A DNA stretch of 64,000 nucleotides, from assembly GCA_017416425.1 (NCBI GenBank), contig JAFQCL010000028.1, positions 1,813 through 65,812 on the forward strand, in the 5' to 3' direction. The position numbers were made by a program, and so were the translations under genes. This stretch comes from Clostridia bacterium. GTDB lineage: Bacteria; Bacillota; Clostridia; Christensenellales; CAG-138. Shown here one piece after another: positions 9,621 through 22,146 of this stretch; the first letter of the stretch is position 1, and each line of letters starts with the position of its first letter. Under the pieces are notes generated by a model. That model ran no database searches, was not told where the DNA came from, and saw nothing but the letters and a program-made list of their open reading frames with translations.

Positions 9621-10193
9621 CTATGTCAGGTCGAATTCACGGCTTATCGCCTCGCGTATACCATAAAAAGTAGCTTCATCATTCTCAAGCTCGCCATTGT
9701 CCATCATTATGGCCGCACCATATATTATTGAGCGCACGATAAACGTTTTAAGTCTTCGCCTCTCATCGCTCATGTTTACGCTCTTGCAGTATTGATCTAT
9801 TATTACACGCGATCTGTGGCTTATCTGCGCTTTAACACGCTGCTGCTCCGGGGTTATAACGGAGCTTCGCATGGTTATTATGTGGCGAAAGTGAGGGTTA
9901 TGAAGCAAAAAGCGTATGTATTCCATGCTGATTTCAATGAGCTGGCGGCGAAGGTCGTTTTCATAACGCTGTATTACCTCGTTTTGGAGTTCATACCACT
10001 GCTCATTTATGTAGGAGATTATAGCGAATATAAGCTCATCCTTATCCTTAAAATGGCGGTATGGAGCCGCTATGGACACGCCGCACCTTGAGGCAAGTTT
10101 ACGCATGGTAAACCCGCTTATACCGCACTCTTCGATCACGCCGATACCCGCAAGTATGAATTGCATGCGGGCTGACCCTGTGGACTGATTCAT
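9621..10193 (-). CDS. TetR/AcrR-family transcriptional regulator
   Basis: HTH segment FTMRKLASRCGVSIAAPYRHFKDKDELI. GGAGGAG lies just upstream of the ATG at 10193, so the ORF-track start at 10310 is likely too long. The gene ends 14 nt before the Card1-like gene. Confidence 0.85.
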   Translation of the reverse strand: MNQSTGSARMQFILAGIGVIEECGISGFTMRKLASRCGVSIAAPYRHFKDKDELIFAIISYINEQWYELQNEVIQRYENDLRRQLIEISMEYIRFLLHNPHFRHIITMRSSVITPEQQRVKAQISHRSRVIIDQYCKSVNMSDERRRLKTFIVRSIIYGAAIMMDNGELENDEATFYGIREAISREFDLT

Positions 10194-10409
10194 GGCTCCT
10201 CCATTTGCTGATATTTTGTTTAGTATATCACAGTCTATTGGGTAAAGCATCGATATTTTTAGAGGTATTAAGTTTTTAGGGCTTCTTCCTGAATTATGTA
10301 ACAACATCACAGAAGGGATAAAAAAGAAGCGCTATACTGGTACCAACAAAAGGGAAGCGCGTGAACACACGGATCGCTTCAAAAATAAAAGAAAGGATAG
10401 GTAATTAAT

Positions 10410-11090
10410 ATGTACAATAGCGATAAAAGAATTCCCATGCCCACCATCGGCGAACAAGCCCCGGCTTTCAAGGCGACCACCACCCAAGGCGAGATCAGCT
10501 TCCCCGAAGACTATAAGGGGAAATGGGTGATCTTCTTCTCCCACCCCGCCGACTTTACGCCGGTCTGCACCACCGAATTTATGACATTCGCCTCCATGGC
10601 GGACGAGTTTAAGGCTCTTGGCGCTGAGCTGATCGGGCTTTCTGTGGACTCTTTGTACGCCCATATCGCATGGCTCAGGAAAATCCAGGAGCTTGAGTGG
10701 AAGGGCATGAAGAATGTGGAGGTAAAATTCCCCCTGATCGAGGACATCCGCATGGAGGTGGCCAAACAGTATGGCATGATCCAGCCCGGCCAGTCCAATC
10801 AGCAGGCGGTACGTGCCGTGTTCATAATCGACCCGGAATCGAAAATCCGCCTGATCCTGTACTATCCGCTGAGCACCGGCCGGAACTTCGATGAGATCAA
10901 GCGTGCTCTGATAGCTCTAAAGAAGGCGGATGCCGAAAACATTGCAACCCCGGCGGACTGGAGACCCGGCGAGGATGTGATAGTACCCACTGCGGGCAGC
11001 TGCGGCACCGCCAAGGAGCGTATGGACAATCAAAACGATGAGCAGTACTGCCTTGACTGGTTCATGTGCTTCAGAAAAGAAAAGAAGTAA
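10410..11090 (+). CDS. Peroxiredoxin, Prx6-like (1-Cys type) AhpC/TSA family
   Basis: FFSHPADFTPVCTTEF active-site motif. Length is about 226 aa. It is divergent from the TetR gene. Confidence 0.85.
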   Translation: MYNSDKRIPMPTIGEQAPAFKATTTQGEISFPEDYKGKWVIFFSHPADFTPVCTTEFMTFASMADEFKALGAELIGLSVDSLYAHIAWLRKIQELEWKGMKNVEVKFPLIEDIRMEVAKQYGMIQPGQSNQQAVRAVFIIDPESKIRLILYYPLSTGRNFDEIKRALIALKKADAENIATPADWRPGEDVIVPTAGSCGTAKERMDNQNDEQYCLDWFMCFRKEKK

Positions 11091-11244
11091 ACCATCTGAG
11101 AAACAGAAAAAACGGCCAAGAGGCATTTCTCATAAGGAAGTGCCTAGCGTAAGGTTCCTCATGCAGGAATTAATGAATGTACTTGCACTACTCCGGTTGG
11201 CAGGGCAATAAAGCTCCCTGCCAGCCACCTTGCTGGCAGTCCGG

Positions 11245-11275
11245 GGCACGCCTTATAGGCAGTGCCTCTTTTTTT
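11245..11275 (+). terminator. Rho-independent terminator-like hairpin
   Basis: ggcacgcc-ttata-ggcagtgcc stem (one bulge) followed by tcttttttt. It lies about 155 nt downstream of the peroxiredoxin stop. Confidence 0.6.
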
Positions 11276-11557
11276 GGCTCAAAGCGCTAAGCAGGCTTTT
11301 ACTGCCCGTTTAGTCTGTTCGGTATCCTCGTTAAAAGCAACTAAAATCACGGGAGCCTGCCGCTGACGGTATTGATAGCTTTGTAGCTGCGCCTGATCCG
11401 GTCAAAGGTGGATTAAGCTTGCCGTTCATCACCGGCTGAGAACGAATGGCATGCCCAATCCCGGCGTGTATGTAAGCAGCATCAGGAGGTAGCCCACGCG
11501 CAGTGCGCGAGCCGGCAAGCTGCGCTATGACAGGCGGCCTTTTGCCCTTTTTTAGTA

Positions 11558-12079
11558 TCATTCAGCCTCAGATGGCAAATCATTTAGGGATCTAAGCCCA
11601 AAAAGGCGTAAAAATGCATCGGTGGTGCCAAGCTCCACGGGATGCCCCGCAGCGTTTCGCCTTCCAAGCTCCCTTATGAAGCCCTGCTTTAATAGCGTGC
11701 TGACAGCATATTCGCTCCTCACGCCCCGTATGGCTTCGATCTCCGCCCTTGTTATCGGCTGTTTGTAGGCGATAAGCGCCATAGTCTCCATCAGGGACTG
11801 CGATAAGGTTTTTTCCTTGGGAGGATGATAAAATCTTTCTATAAACGAGGCGCATTCCGGATTTGTGACAAGCTGCAAGCTCTTATCGGTAATAAAAAGC
11901 CGTATTCCTCTATCCTCCTTTTCATAGCGCTCCTTCATGCGCTCCATAAAAGCCTGCATTTCAAGGTCGGTCAGAAAAAGCGCGCGTTTAAGGTCATCTA
12001 TAAGCACAGGCTCGCCGCTTACAAACAAAAGCGCCTCTATATTGCGAAATAATTCAGTTTCTTCCATGTCTATGACCAT
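11558..12079 (-). CDS. scpB: Segregation and condensation protein B
   Basis: EALLFVSGEPV and ITRAEIEAIRGV motifs. Lies immediately downstream of scpA. Confidence 0.9.
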   Translation of the reverse strand: MVIDMEETELFRNIEALLFVSGEPVLIDDLKRALFLTDLEMQAFMERMKERYEKEDRGIRLFITDKSLQLVTNPECASFIERFYHPPKEKTLSQSLMETMALIAYKQPITRAEIEAIRGVRSEYAVSTLLKQGFIRELGRRNAAGHPVELGTTDAFLRLFGLRSLNDLPSEAE

Positions 12080-12167
12080 GCCTTTAGCTTAAAAAGTTCC
12101 CTTTCCTTTAAAATCGGGTCTGCCTTTTGTGTAGCGCAGAACTCGGTTTGATAATTTATCCAAATAT

Positions 12168-12947
12168 TTATAAGACGCCTTCCTCATCGTATTTATAATG
12201 CTCGGCATATTGGCTTTCTTTATTTGGCGCGCCTTTATAACTTATCATTATGGGGGTGTAGGGCGCCTCCTGTGATATGCTAAGCTCACCTCTTGCGGCC
12301 ATTTCAAGCATGGCCATGAAGGTCACGATAATGGCCATTCTGCTGCAATTTTCACAAAACAGCTCAAAAAAGCCGATGGTCTTGCGCTTTTTAACGATGT
12401 CGCGCAAAAAGATCACCCTATCGCTTATGGTATATTCATCGCCCTCTATGCTGTGAACATATTCCTTTTTCTCATGATCTCCCCTCACGCGGCAAAGCGC
12501 TGAAAGAAACGCCTTAAACAGCGCGTCCGGGCTTGTTTGCTGCCACACTATCTCGGGCGCGGTCGGGACAAATTCCTCCATAGGCTTTGAAAAGCTTTTC
12601 CTTGCCTCCTCATAGAGCGTGCCAAGGCTTATTGAAAGCTCCTTCATGCGCTTATATTCGGTAAGCCGCTCTATAAGGTCGCATTCGTCCGGCTCCTTTT
12701 GCTCAACCTCATTATTTTTGCCCGGAAGCAGCGTTTTTGACTTCATAAACACAAGCTGAGCCGCTACCGCCAAAAATTCGCTTGCCGTATCCATGTCGAG
12801 TGCATCTATCTGGGTCATATACTCAAGATACTGCGAGGTTATCTCCGATACATATATATCGCAAATATCAAGCTCAGCCTTTAAAATAAGGTGCAGAAGA
12901 AGATCCAAAGGACCTTCAAATTGATTTAGCTTTACGCGATAGTCCAT
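12168..12947 (-). CDS. scpA: Segregation and condensation protein A
   Basis: LNQFEGPLDLLLHLI N-terminal signature, and synteny with scpB. Confidence 0.9.
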   Translation of the reverse strand: MDYRVKLNQFEGPLDLLLHLILKAELDICDIYVSEITSQYLEYMTQIDALDMDTASEFLAVAAQLVFMKSKTLLPGKNNEVEQKEPDECDLIERLTEYKRMKELSISLGTLYEEARKSFSKPMEEFVPTAPEIVWQQTSPDALFKAFLSALCRVRGDHEKKEYVHSIEGDEYTISDRVIFLRDIVKKRKTIGFFELFCENCSRMAIIVTFMAMLEMAARGELSISQEAPYTPIMISYKGAPNKESQYAEHYKYDEEGVL

Positions 12948-12950
12948 GCG

Positions 12951-13595
12951 CTATACACCCATAACAGAGCCAAACAGCGACAAAAACGCAGAAAATATAT
13001 CCCCGGTTATAATACCAAGCACGTTTGTAAACCTTAACACTACGAAAATAACGATAAGGAATATAAGGGCGTATTTCCTCATGAACAAAAAGGGCTTAGG
13101 ACCTACCGTTTTTATAAGGAAATCCTCAAGCAGGTGGAAGCCGTCAAGCGGCGGGAGGGGTATGAGGTTGAATACCGCGAGGGATATGTTTACTATTATG
13201 AAATTTACCACAAAATTCGAAAGATAGTAAAGCACCTCGGAATTCATCGATTTTGTGTAGCTTGTAAGCAGAACCAGATATATTGGAGTAAGCAAAAAGG
13301 CCAAAAGTATATTTGTAAGTATTCCCGCAGAAGATACGATGATATCATCCCTTCGCAGATTCTTAAAGTTGCGGGGATTTACGGGTACGGGTTTTGCCCA
13401 GCCGAATCGGAAGATTATCATAAACAAAAGACCCTTTATATCCAAATGGGCGAGGGGGTTTAAAGTCATACGACCGGCGTAAAAGGCGGTGTTGTCGCCA
13501 AGACGATACGCCGCGTAGGCATGCGCCCACTCATGAAAGGATATGGCCAAAACAAAGCATAAAATTGATAAAATGATATCTACTATATCAAACAT
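12951..13595 (-). CDS. Site-2 protease family (peptidase M50) membrane metalloprotease
   Basis: HEWAHA (HExxH) lies within a TM segment of a polytopic membrane protein, with a downstream LPPLDG motif. Confidence 0.8.
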   Translation of the reverse strand: MFDIVDIILSILCFVLAISFHEWAHAYAAYRLGDNTAFYAGRMTLNPLAHLDIKGLLFMIIFRFGWAKPVPVNPRNFKNLRRDDIIVSSAGILTNILLAFLLTPIYLVLLTSYTKSMNSEVLYYLSNFVVNFIIVNISLAVFNLIPLPPLDGFHLLEDFLIKTVGPKPFLFMRKYALIFLIVIFVVLRFTNVLGIITGDIFSAFLSLFGSVMGV

Positions 13596-13725
13596 AAAAT
13601 CACCTCATTTTGTATTATAGCGTAAATTACCGTTTTATTGCAACAGGTTTAGGGTAAATCGTGTGTTTGTTTGGGCTTTATATTTTAAGGTATTTAGTCG
13701 CTTTGCTTCTTAATTTTTATAATCC

Positions 13726-13754
13726 TTGACAAGCTGCTCTCTCTGTCGGATAAT
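13726..13754 (+). promoter_or_regulatory. SigA-type promoter candidate for glnS
   Basis: TTGACA, a 17-nt spacer, then GATAAT, about 40 nt upstream of the glnS start. Confidence 0.5.
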
Positions 13755-13790
13755 AAAAAGATAATACTCTTTGAAAAAGGCAGTGATACT

Positions 13791-15425
13791 ATGGACGAAA
13801 AATTCGATAAGCTCAATTTTATTGAGGAATTTGTACAGCAGGATATAAAAAGGCTAAAGCGCGTAAAAACAAGGTTCCCGCCGGAGCCAAACGGCTACCT
13901 GCATATCGGCCACGCAAAGGCTCTTTGCATAGATTTTGGCGTTGCCGCCCGCTTTAACGGCACATGCAATCTGCGCTTTGACGACACCAATCCCACCAAA
14001 GAGGATACGGAATATGTAGAGGCCATAAAAAAGGACATACACTGGCTGGGCTATGACTGGGAGGAGCTTCACTTTGGCTCGGATTATTTTGATAAGTGCT
14101 TTGAACTGGCTGTTTTACTTATAAAAAAGGGCAAAGCTTATGTGTGCGACCTTGATAAGGACGCCATGCGCGAATATAGAGGCACCCTTACCACCCCGGG
14201 TAAGAACAGCCCCTATCGCGACAGGAGCGCTGAGGAGAATCTTGACCTGTTTTACCGCATGAAAAACGGCGAATTCCCCGAGGGAAGCCGCACACTCCGC
14301 GCTAAGATAGATATGTCGTCTCCCAATATAAACCTGCGTGACCCTGCGATATACCGTATTATACACGCAAACCACCACCAGACCGGCGATAAGTGGTGCA
14401 TATACCCCATGTACGACTTTGCCCACCCCATTCAGGACGCCATAGAGGGCGTTACGCATTCGCTTTGCTCGCTTGAGTACGAAGCGCATAGGCCGCTTTA
14501 TGACTGGGTAGTCGAGCAGTGTGAATTTGAAAATAAGCCCCGCCAGATAGAGTTTGCCCGCCTTAATATGACAAATACCATAATGTCAAAGCGCTATTTA
14601 AGGCGTCTTGTGGAGGAAGGCTTCGTATCCGGCTGGGATGACCCGCGTATGCCCACGCTCTGCGCCATGCGAAGAAGAGGCTATACCCCCGAGGCTATTC
14701 GCGACTTTTTAGAGCGGGCGGGCGTATCGAAGGCGGATTCCGTTGTGGATACGGCAATGCTCGAACATTGCGTCAGGGAGCACCTTGGCTCCACCGCGCC
14801 AAGGATGATGGCCGTGCTTGAGCCTTTAAAGCTTATCATAACCAACTGGGAGGAAGGCCGCTTTGAGAATATAGAGCTTGAGAATATGCCCGGTGACGAA
14901 ACATTCGGGACCCGCACCATACGCTTTGGCAGGGAGCTTTTCATAGAGCGTGAGGATTTTATGGAGGAGCCGCCTAAAAAGTATTTCAGGCTGAAACCCG
15001 GAGGCGAGGTGCGCCTTAAGGGAGCTTATATAATAAAGTGCGAGGAAGTCGTGCATGATGAAGCGGGAAATGTGGTGGAGGTCATATGTACATATGACCC
15101 CAATACAAAAAGCGGCATGTGTGAGCGCAAGGTGAAGGGTACGCTGCACTGGCTGCCCGTTTCCGATGCTGTTCCCGCCGAATTCAGGCTTTATGAACCC
15201 ATGATACTTGATACAGAGGGGGAGACCGATGATTTTACGGAGCGTTTCAACCGCGATTCCCTCATAATAAAGAGGGGATATGTGGAAAAGGCGCTTGCGG
15301 CCGCTTCCCCAAAAGAGCGCTTCCAGTTTATGCGCATAGGCTATTTCGCCGCGGACACCGATCACACAGCTAAGGCTCCGGTATTCAACCGCACCGTGAG
15401 CTTAAAGGACAGCTTTAAGCTGTAA
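13791..15425 (+). CDS. glnS: Glutamine--tRNA ligase
   Basis: Class I HIGH motif ([14 protein letters not shown]) and a KMSKS-like IMSKR. Length is 544 aa with a GlnRS-type C-terminal anticodon-binding region. Confidence 0.85.
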   Translation: MDEKFDKLNFIEEFVQQDIKRLKRVKTRFPPEPNGYLHIGHAKALCIDFGVAARFNGTCNLRFDDTNPTKEDTEYVEAIKKDIHWLGYDWEELHFGSDYFDKCFELAVLLIKKGKAYVCDLDKDAMREYRGTLTTPGKNSPYRDRSAEENLDLFYRMKNGEFPEGSRTLRAKIDMSSPNINLRDPAIYRIIHANHHQTGDKWCIYPMYDFAHPIQDAIEGVTHSLCSLEYEAHRPLYDWVVEQCEFENKPRQIEFARLNMTNTIMSKRYLRRLVEEGFVSGWDDPRMPTLCAMRRRGYTPEAIRDFLERAGVSKADSVVDTAMLEHCVREHLGSTAPRMMAVLEPLKLIITNWEEGRFENIELENMPGDETFGTRTIRFGRELFIEREDFMEEPPKKYFRLKPGGEVRLKGAYIIKCEEVVHDEAGNVVEVICTYDPNTKSGMCERKVKGTLHWLPVSDAVPAEFRLYEPMILDTEGETDDFTERFNRDSLIIKRGYVEKALAAASPKERFQFMRIGYFAADTDHTAKAPVFNRTVSLKDSFKL

Positions 15426-15514
15426 GCATTATGATATGAAAACGCAGGGTGTGCTTTTTCAGCATGCCTTGCTTTTAGTTGTTTTTTACGATTTTTCAGG
15501 GAGACGAGCCTTTG

Positions 15515-16288
15515 ATGAAACTTTTTGATACGCACGCGCACCTTAGCGACAAAAGATTCGATGATGACTTGGATGACGTAATAAAAAAGCTTAAAGAAAG
15601 CCAAGTTTTTCGCGTGGTGGACGTATGCTGCCATGTTAAGGACGTAAAACGGACGCTTGATTTGACAAAAAAACACGACTTTATATACGGAGCTCTGGGC
15701 ATGCATCCCCATGAAGCTTCGGACGTCACGGAAAAAACGCTCTACGATATGGAGGGGCTTTTAAAAAAGAATGATAAGCTCATAGCGCTCGGCGAGATCG
15801 GACTTGACTATCACTATGATTTTTCACCAAGGGATGTACAAAAAAAGTGGTTCATAGAGCAGCTTGAGCTGGCGATAAGCCTTAATCTTCCCGTTATACT
15901 TCATATAAGGGAGGCTTTTTCAGACTGCATGGAAATACTGAGAGCTCATAAAAAGGGGCTTTTCGGCGTGATGCACTGCTATTCGGGAAGCTACGAAACC
16001 GCACGCGACTGCATAGACATGGGTCTTTATATAGCATTTGGAGGAGCCGTGACATTTAAAAACGCCCGAAGGCTTTCAGATGTCGCCTCAAGGCTGCCCC
16101 TTAAAAGGCTGTTGATTGAAACGGACTGCCCCTATATGACGCCGGAGCCGCATCGTGGAAAACGAAACGACCCTTCTTATGTATACTATGTTGCGAAATG
16201 TCTGGCAGAGCTTCATAACAGGGATGTTGAGGAGGTCTGTGATATTACGCTTAAAAACGGTCTTGAGCTGTTTTCGATGGGAAAATAG
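15515..16288 (+). CDS. tatD: TatD-family metal-dependent hydrolase/DNase
   Basis: MKLFDTHAHL start motif, with GEIGLDYHY and IETDCPYM motifs. The internal ATG at 15515 is preferred over the ORF-track start. Confidence 0.85.
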   Translation: MKLFDTHAHLSDKRFDDDLDDVIKKLKESQVFRVVDVCCHVKDVKRTLDLTKKHDFIYGALGMHPHEASDVTEKTLYDMEGLLKKNDKLIALGEIGLDYHYDFSPRDVQKKWFIEQLELAISLNLPVILHIREAFSDCMEILRAHKKGLFGVMHCYSGSYETARDCIDMGLYIAFGGAVTFKNARRLSDVASRLPLKRLLIETDCPYMTPEPHRGKRNDPSYVYYVAKCLAELHNRDVEEVCDITLKNGLELFSMGK

Positions 16289-16377
16289 GGCTTTTGGGTA
16301 TTTTTGCTTTTTGGCAGCTTTATCCCAAAGCTGGCCTTTATTTGAATACTCGAGCAAATTTTCAAAATAAACTGAAA

Positions 16378-16403
16378 AGAGCCCCACTTTTGGGAGCTCT
16401 TTA
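16378..16403. terminator. Bidirectional terminator hairpin between the convergent tatD and gyrA genes
   Basis: agagcccca-cttt-tgggagctct stem with U-runs on both strands, stronger on the minus strand (ttttcagttt). Confidence 0.55.
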
Positions 16404-16412
16404 TTACTAACG

Positions 16413-18857
16413 CTACTTTATATCTTCCTCTTCCACCTCTTCGGTGCGTTCGAGCAGCGCTACCGACTTCACTTTGCTGCCCTCGTCCATTCGCATGAGC
16501 CGCACGCCCTGAGCATACCTGCCAACTATGCTTATGCCGTCCACAGGCATCCTTATGGCGGTGCCGTCATCGCGTATTATCATGAGATCCTCATCGCCCT
16601 TTGTAAGCCTCATGCTGCGAAGATATCCCGTCTTATCGGTGATAGTCATGGCTATCATTCCCCTGCCTCCGCGCCTTTGCGTCTTAAACTGGGATTCCTC
16701 GGTTCGCTTTCCGATACCGTTTTCGGATATGAATGTCACATAGCTTCCCGAAATAACGGCCTGCGCATCGACCACCTCATCATCATCATCAAGCATTATA
16801 GCCCTTACGCCCGTGGCGCTTCGCCCCATGGGTCTTACATCGTCCTCGCCAAAGCGTATCATGATGCCCTTCTTTGTAGCAACGATTATATCCTCGCTGC
16901 CATCCGTAAGCATTACCGAGATAAGCTCATCGCCCTCACGCAGGCTTTGGGCTATTATGCCCGATTTGTTTATGTTGTCAAATTCCGAGATGGCGGTCTT
17001 TTTAATAACGCCGCACTTTGTGGCAATCACCAGATATTTTCCTTCCGTATTCTCGGGCAGCGGGAATATCGCGGATATTTTCTCGCCCTCTTTAAGCTGA
17101 AGCAGGTTAACAACGGCCGTACCCTTAGCCGTCCTTGAAGCCTCGGGTATCCTGTAGCACTTGAGCTTAAAGGCTCTGCCTGTGTTTGTAAAGTACATTA
17201 TCTCCGAGTGCGTGCTCGTGCTGAATATGCGCTCTACAAAGTCCTCATCACGTGTCGTTTGAGCCGTAACGCCCTTGCCGCCCCTTCTCTGCGCCCTGTA
17301 GGTATCGCTCGCCACACGCTTTATGTACCCAAAGTGCGTGAGCGACACGAGCATGTCTTCCTGCTGTATCACGTCCTCAAGGTCTATCTCATCCTCAAGC
17401 GCTGTGATCTGCGTTCTGCGCTCGTCGGCAAACTTCTCCTTCACCTCAAGCGCTTCCTCCCGCACTATCGAGAGCAAAAGCCCTTCATCTGAAAGCACGC
17501 TTTTAAGATAAGCGACTTTAGCCGTAAGCTCATTAAATTCGTTCATAAGCTTATCGCGCTCAAGCCCCGTGAGCCTTTGAAGCCTCATATCAAGTATTGC
17601 CTGAGCCTGCCTTTCGCTGAAATCAAAGGTGTCCATGAGCCTTTGCTTTGCTATCTGAGGCGTTTGAGAGGTCTTTATAAGCTCCACGATCTCATCGATG
17701 TGATCCAAAGCCTTTATAAGCCCTTCGAGCAGGTGCAGCCTTTCAAGCGCCTTATCAAGGTCGTACTTCGTGCGCCTTGTCACTACCTCCTTTTGAAATT
17801 TCAGGTAGTGATAGAGCATATCCCGAAGATTTAATATCTTAGGCTCATTATTTACAAGCGCGAGCATTATAACGCCGAACGTATCCATGAGCTGGGTGTG
17901 CTTATAGAGCTGGTTTAGTATCACGTTCGCGTTTACGTCACGCTTCAGCTCTATTACGATGCGTATGCCGCTTCTGTCCGTTTCATCGCGAAGATCGGAT
18001 ATCCCCTCGACCTTTTTATCGTGTACGAGCTTTGCTATGGACTCCACAAGCCTTGCTTTATTCACCTGATAGGGTATTTCGGTGACTATTATCCTTGCGT
18101 GGTTTGGCTTATACTGCTCTATCTCGGCCTTTGCCCTTGTTACTATGCGTCCTCTGCCCGTTCTGTAGGCCTGCCTTATGCCCGATGTGCCAAGCACCAT
18201 GCCTCCTGTTGGAAAATCGGGACCCGGAATATAGCCCATAAGCTCATCTACGCCTATTTCGGGATTATCTATCATGGCGCAGAGCGCGTCTATTACTTCA
18301 CCAAGATTATGGGGGGGGATGTTGGTAGCCATGCCAACGGCTATGCCGCCTGTGCCGTTTACAAGAAGATTGGGGAATCTTGACGGCATCACGGTGGGCT
18401 GCATAAGCGTTTCATCGAAGTTGGGGTAGAAATCGACCGTATTTTTATCGATGTCACGCATCATGAGCGAAGCAAGCTTACTCATTCTGGCTTCGGTATA
18501 ACGCATGGCGGCAGCGCCATCGCCATCTATGGAGCCAAAATTGCCGTGACCTTCAACGAGCATATAGCGTGAAGCAAATGGCTGGGCGAGCCTTACCATG
18601 GCGTCGTATACGGCAGAATCGCCGTGAGGATGATATTTACCAAGCACATCGCCAACGAGCCTTGCGCTCTTTCTAAAGGGCTTATCAGGGTGCATCGAAA
18701 GCTCATCCATAGCGTAGAGTATGCGCCTGTGTACCGGCTTAAGTCCATCGCGGACATCGGGCAGCGCGCGGTCGATTATTACCGCCATGGAATACGCGAT
18801 AAACGATTTTCGCATTTCCTCCACCAGATTTACCGGTATTATTCGGTTGTTATCCAT
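16413..18857 (-). CDS. gyrA: DNA gyrase subunit A
   Basis: [19 protein letters not shown] and AAMRYTE active-site Tyr region. Length is 814 aa with a C-terminal beta-pinwheel region. Confidence 0.97.
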   Translation of the reverse strand: MDNNRIIPVNLVEEMRKSFIAYSMAVIIDRALPDVRDGLKPVHRRILYAMDELSMHPDKPFRKSARLVGDVLGKYHPHGDSAVYDAMVRLAQPFASRYMLVEGHGNFGSIDGDGAAAMRYTEARMSKLASLMMRDIDKNTVDFYPNFDETLMQPTVMPSRFPNLLVNGTGGIAVGMATNIPPHNLGEVIDALCAMIDNPEIGVDELMGYIPGPDFPTGGMVLGTSGIRQAYRTGRGRIVTRAKAEIEQYKPNHARIIVTEIPYQVNKARLVESIAKLVHDKKVEGISDLRDETDRSGIRIVIELKRDVNANVILNQLYKHTQLMDTFGVIMLALVNNEPKILNLRDMLYHYLKFQKEVVTRRTKYDLDKALERLHLLEGLIKALDHIDEIVELIKTSQTPQIAKQRLMDTFDFSERQAQAILDMRLQRLTGLERDKLMNEFNELTAKVAYLKSVLSDEGLLLSIVREEALEVKEKFADERRTQITALEDEIDLEDVIQQEDMLVSLTHFGYIKRVASDTYRAQRRGGKGVTAQTTRDEDFVERIFSTSTHSEIMYFTNTGRAFKLKCYRIPEASRTAKGTAVVNLLQLKEGEKISAIFPLPENTEGKYLVIATKCGVIKKTAISEFDNINKSGIIAQSLREGDELISVMLTDGSEDIIVATKKGIMIRFGEDDVRPMGRSATGVRAIMLDDDDEVVDAQAVISGSYVTFISENGIGKRTEESQFKTQRRGGRGMIAMTITDKTGYLRSMRLTKGDEDLMIIRDDGTAIRMPVDGISIVGRYAQGVRLMRMDEGSKVKSVALLERTEEVEEEDIK

Positions 18858-18890
18858 TTATGTACTCCTTCTGTTGGGTATTGAAGTTTC

Positions 18891-20831
<1,941 letters not shown>

Positions 20832-20859
20832 TTATGTTATCCTTTCGGTTTTTTTACTG

Positions 20860-21954
20860 TTATAAATATTCTACCATGCCCGACTTTACATAAAACACGC
20901 GCGTATCGGGCAAGTTCAGATCACCTATCCCATCAAGGGAGGTGGTGGTAAGTATACACTGGCAATACTTCATGGCAAGAAGCAATTCACGCCGCCTTAA
21001 GCCGTCAAGCTCCGAAAATACGTCATCAAGGAGCAGCACAGGGGCATCCTCATGCGCAGCTCTTATCACAGGTACCTCGGAGAGCTTCATGGAAAGCGCG
21101 GCTGTCCTTTGCTGGCCTTGTGAGCCAAAGCTTCGCATATCCTGATCATCGAGCATTATGCGTATATCATCCCTGTGGGGGCCTTTTCCGGTAAAGCCGC
21201 GGCGAATATCGTCCTGAAGGCTTTTTTCAAGCATATCCAAAAACGCGGTTTCATCATCAAAGGCTTCGCCAAGGGACGGCGCATAGCTAAGCCTTAGAAA
21301 ATCACGCCCTTTGGATATCTGCAGCTGGAGCTTTGAAGCGTGTATGTCAAGCTCTTTTATAAATTCCCTTCGATAGCGCATCACCTCGGCTCCGCGCCCT
21401 GCAAGCTGCGCGTTAAAAACATACATTGAAGCAGTATCTATCACGCCGCTATCGGGGCGAAGGAGGGCGTTTTTCTGCTTAAGCGCCTTATTATAGGCCG
21501 AGAGCTTAAAAAAATAGGCGGGGTAGAGCTGGGATATGGCCATATCCATAAATCTGCGCCTGTCCTCGGGCGAGCCTTTTACTATATCAAGGGTTTCGGG
21601 TGAAAACATAACGCTTCTTATGTGTCCCATAAGGTCGCCGATGCGCCCAAGGCGTGTGCCGTTTACATGCATGGTCTTTGGTTCTTTCACCCTTTGCTTA
21701 TACTCAATAAGCGTTTTTCCAAAGGGCGAGACCACATTCACAGCCGCATAGGCAGCAGGGGAGTCCCATTTTATAAGCTGTTCATCACGTGAGGTTCTGT
21801 GCGATCTTCCAAACGTACACAAAAATATCGCTTCAAGGAGATTTGTTTTTCCCTGTGCGTTTTCGCCTGCAATTATATTCAGCTTTGGCGAAAGCCTTAC
21901 TTTCAGCGACTCGTAATTTCTGAAATTTATGAGCTTTATTTCGTCTATAAACAC
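20860..21954 (-). CDS. recF: DNA replication/repair protein RecF
   Basis: NFRNYE start region, Walker A GENAQGKTN, and a signature/Walker B region LLLDDVFSELD. Confidence 0.93.
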   Translation of the reverse strand: MFIDEIKLINFRNYESLKVRLSPKLNIIAGENAQGKTNLLEAIFLCTFGRSHRTSRDEQLIKWDSPAAYAAVNVVSPFGKTLIEYKQRVKEPKTMHVNGTRLGRIGDLMGHIRSVMFSPETLDIVKGSPEDRRRFMDMAISQLYPAYFFKLSAYNKALKQKNALLRPDSGVIDTASMYVFNAQLAGRGAEVMRYRREFIKELDIHASKLQLQISKGRDFLRLSYAPSLGEAFDDETAFLDMLEKSLQDDIRRGFTGKGPHRDDIRIMLDDQDMRSFGSQGQQRTAALSMKLSEVPVIRAAHEDAPVLLLDDVFSELDGLRRRELLLAMKYCQCILTTTSLDGIGDLNLPDTRVFYVKSGMVEYL

Positions 21955-22146
21955 GCGGCACCTCTTTTATTTATTATAGCACATCATTCATCAAAAATCA
22001 AGGCTCTTATATTAATAAGTAGGAAGTACGAATTTGCAGTATTGTGACGAATCTTTTGTAAAGCTCGCCTGTAAAAAAAAATCATTCTATATAATTCAAA
22101 AACCCCTTGACATTTTGAATCGGATGTATATGAGCCCGGCTGAAAG

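Noticed and set aside
11331-11561. A 76-aa minus-strand ORF whose ATG overlaps the scpB stop (ATGA).
   Set aside because: Its composition is G/A/P/S-rich with no recognisable domain. The resemblance to an S4/RluB N-terminus (VIAQ.AG.SR...NGK) has the wrong spacing. I could not support it as a real CDS, though a degraded gene fragment remains possible.
13596-13790. I looked for a T-box leader upstream of glnS.
   Set aside because: No specifier-loop or T-box (AAxxGGGTGGTACCGCG-like) sequence was seen, only a promoter-like element.
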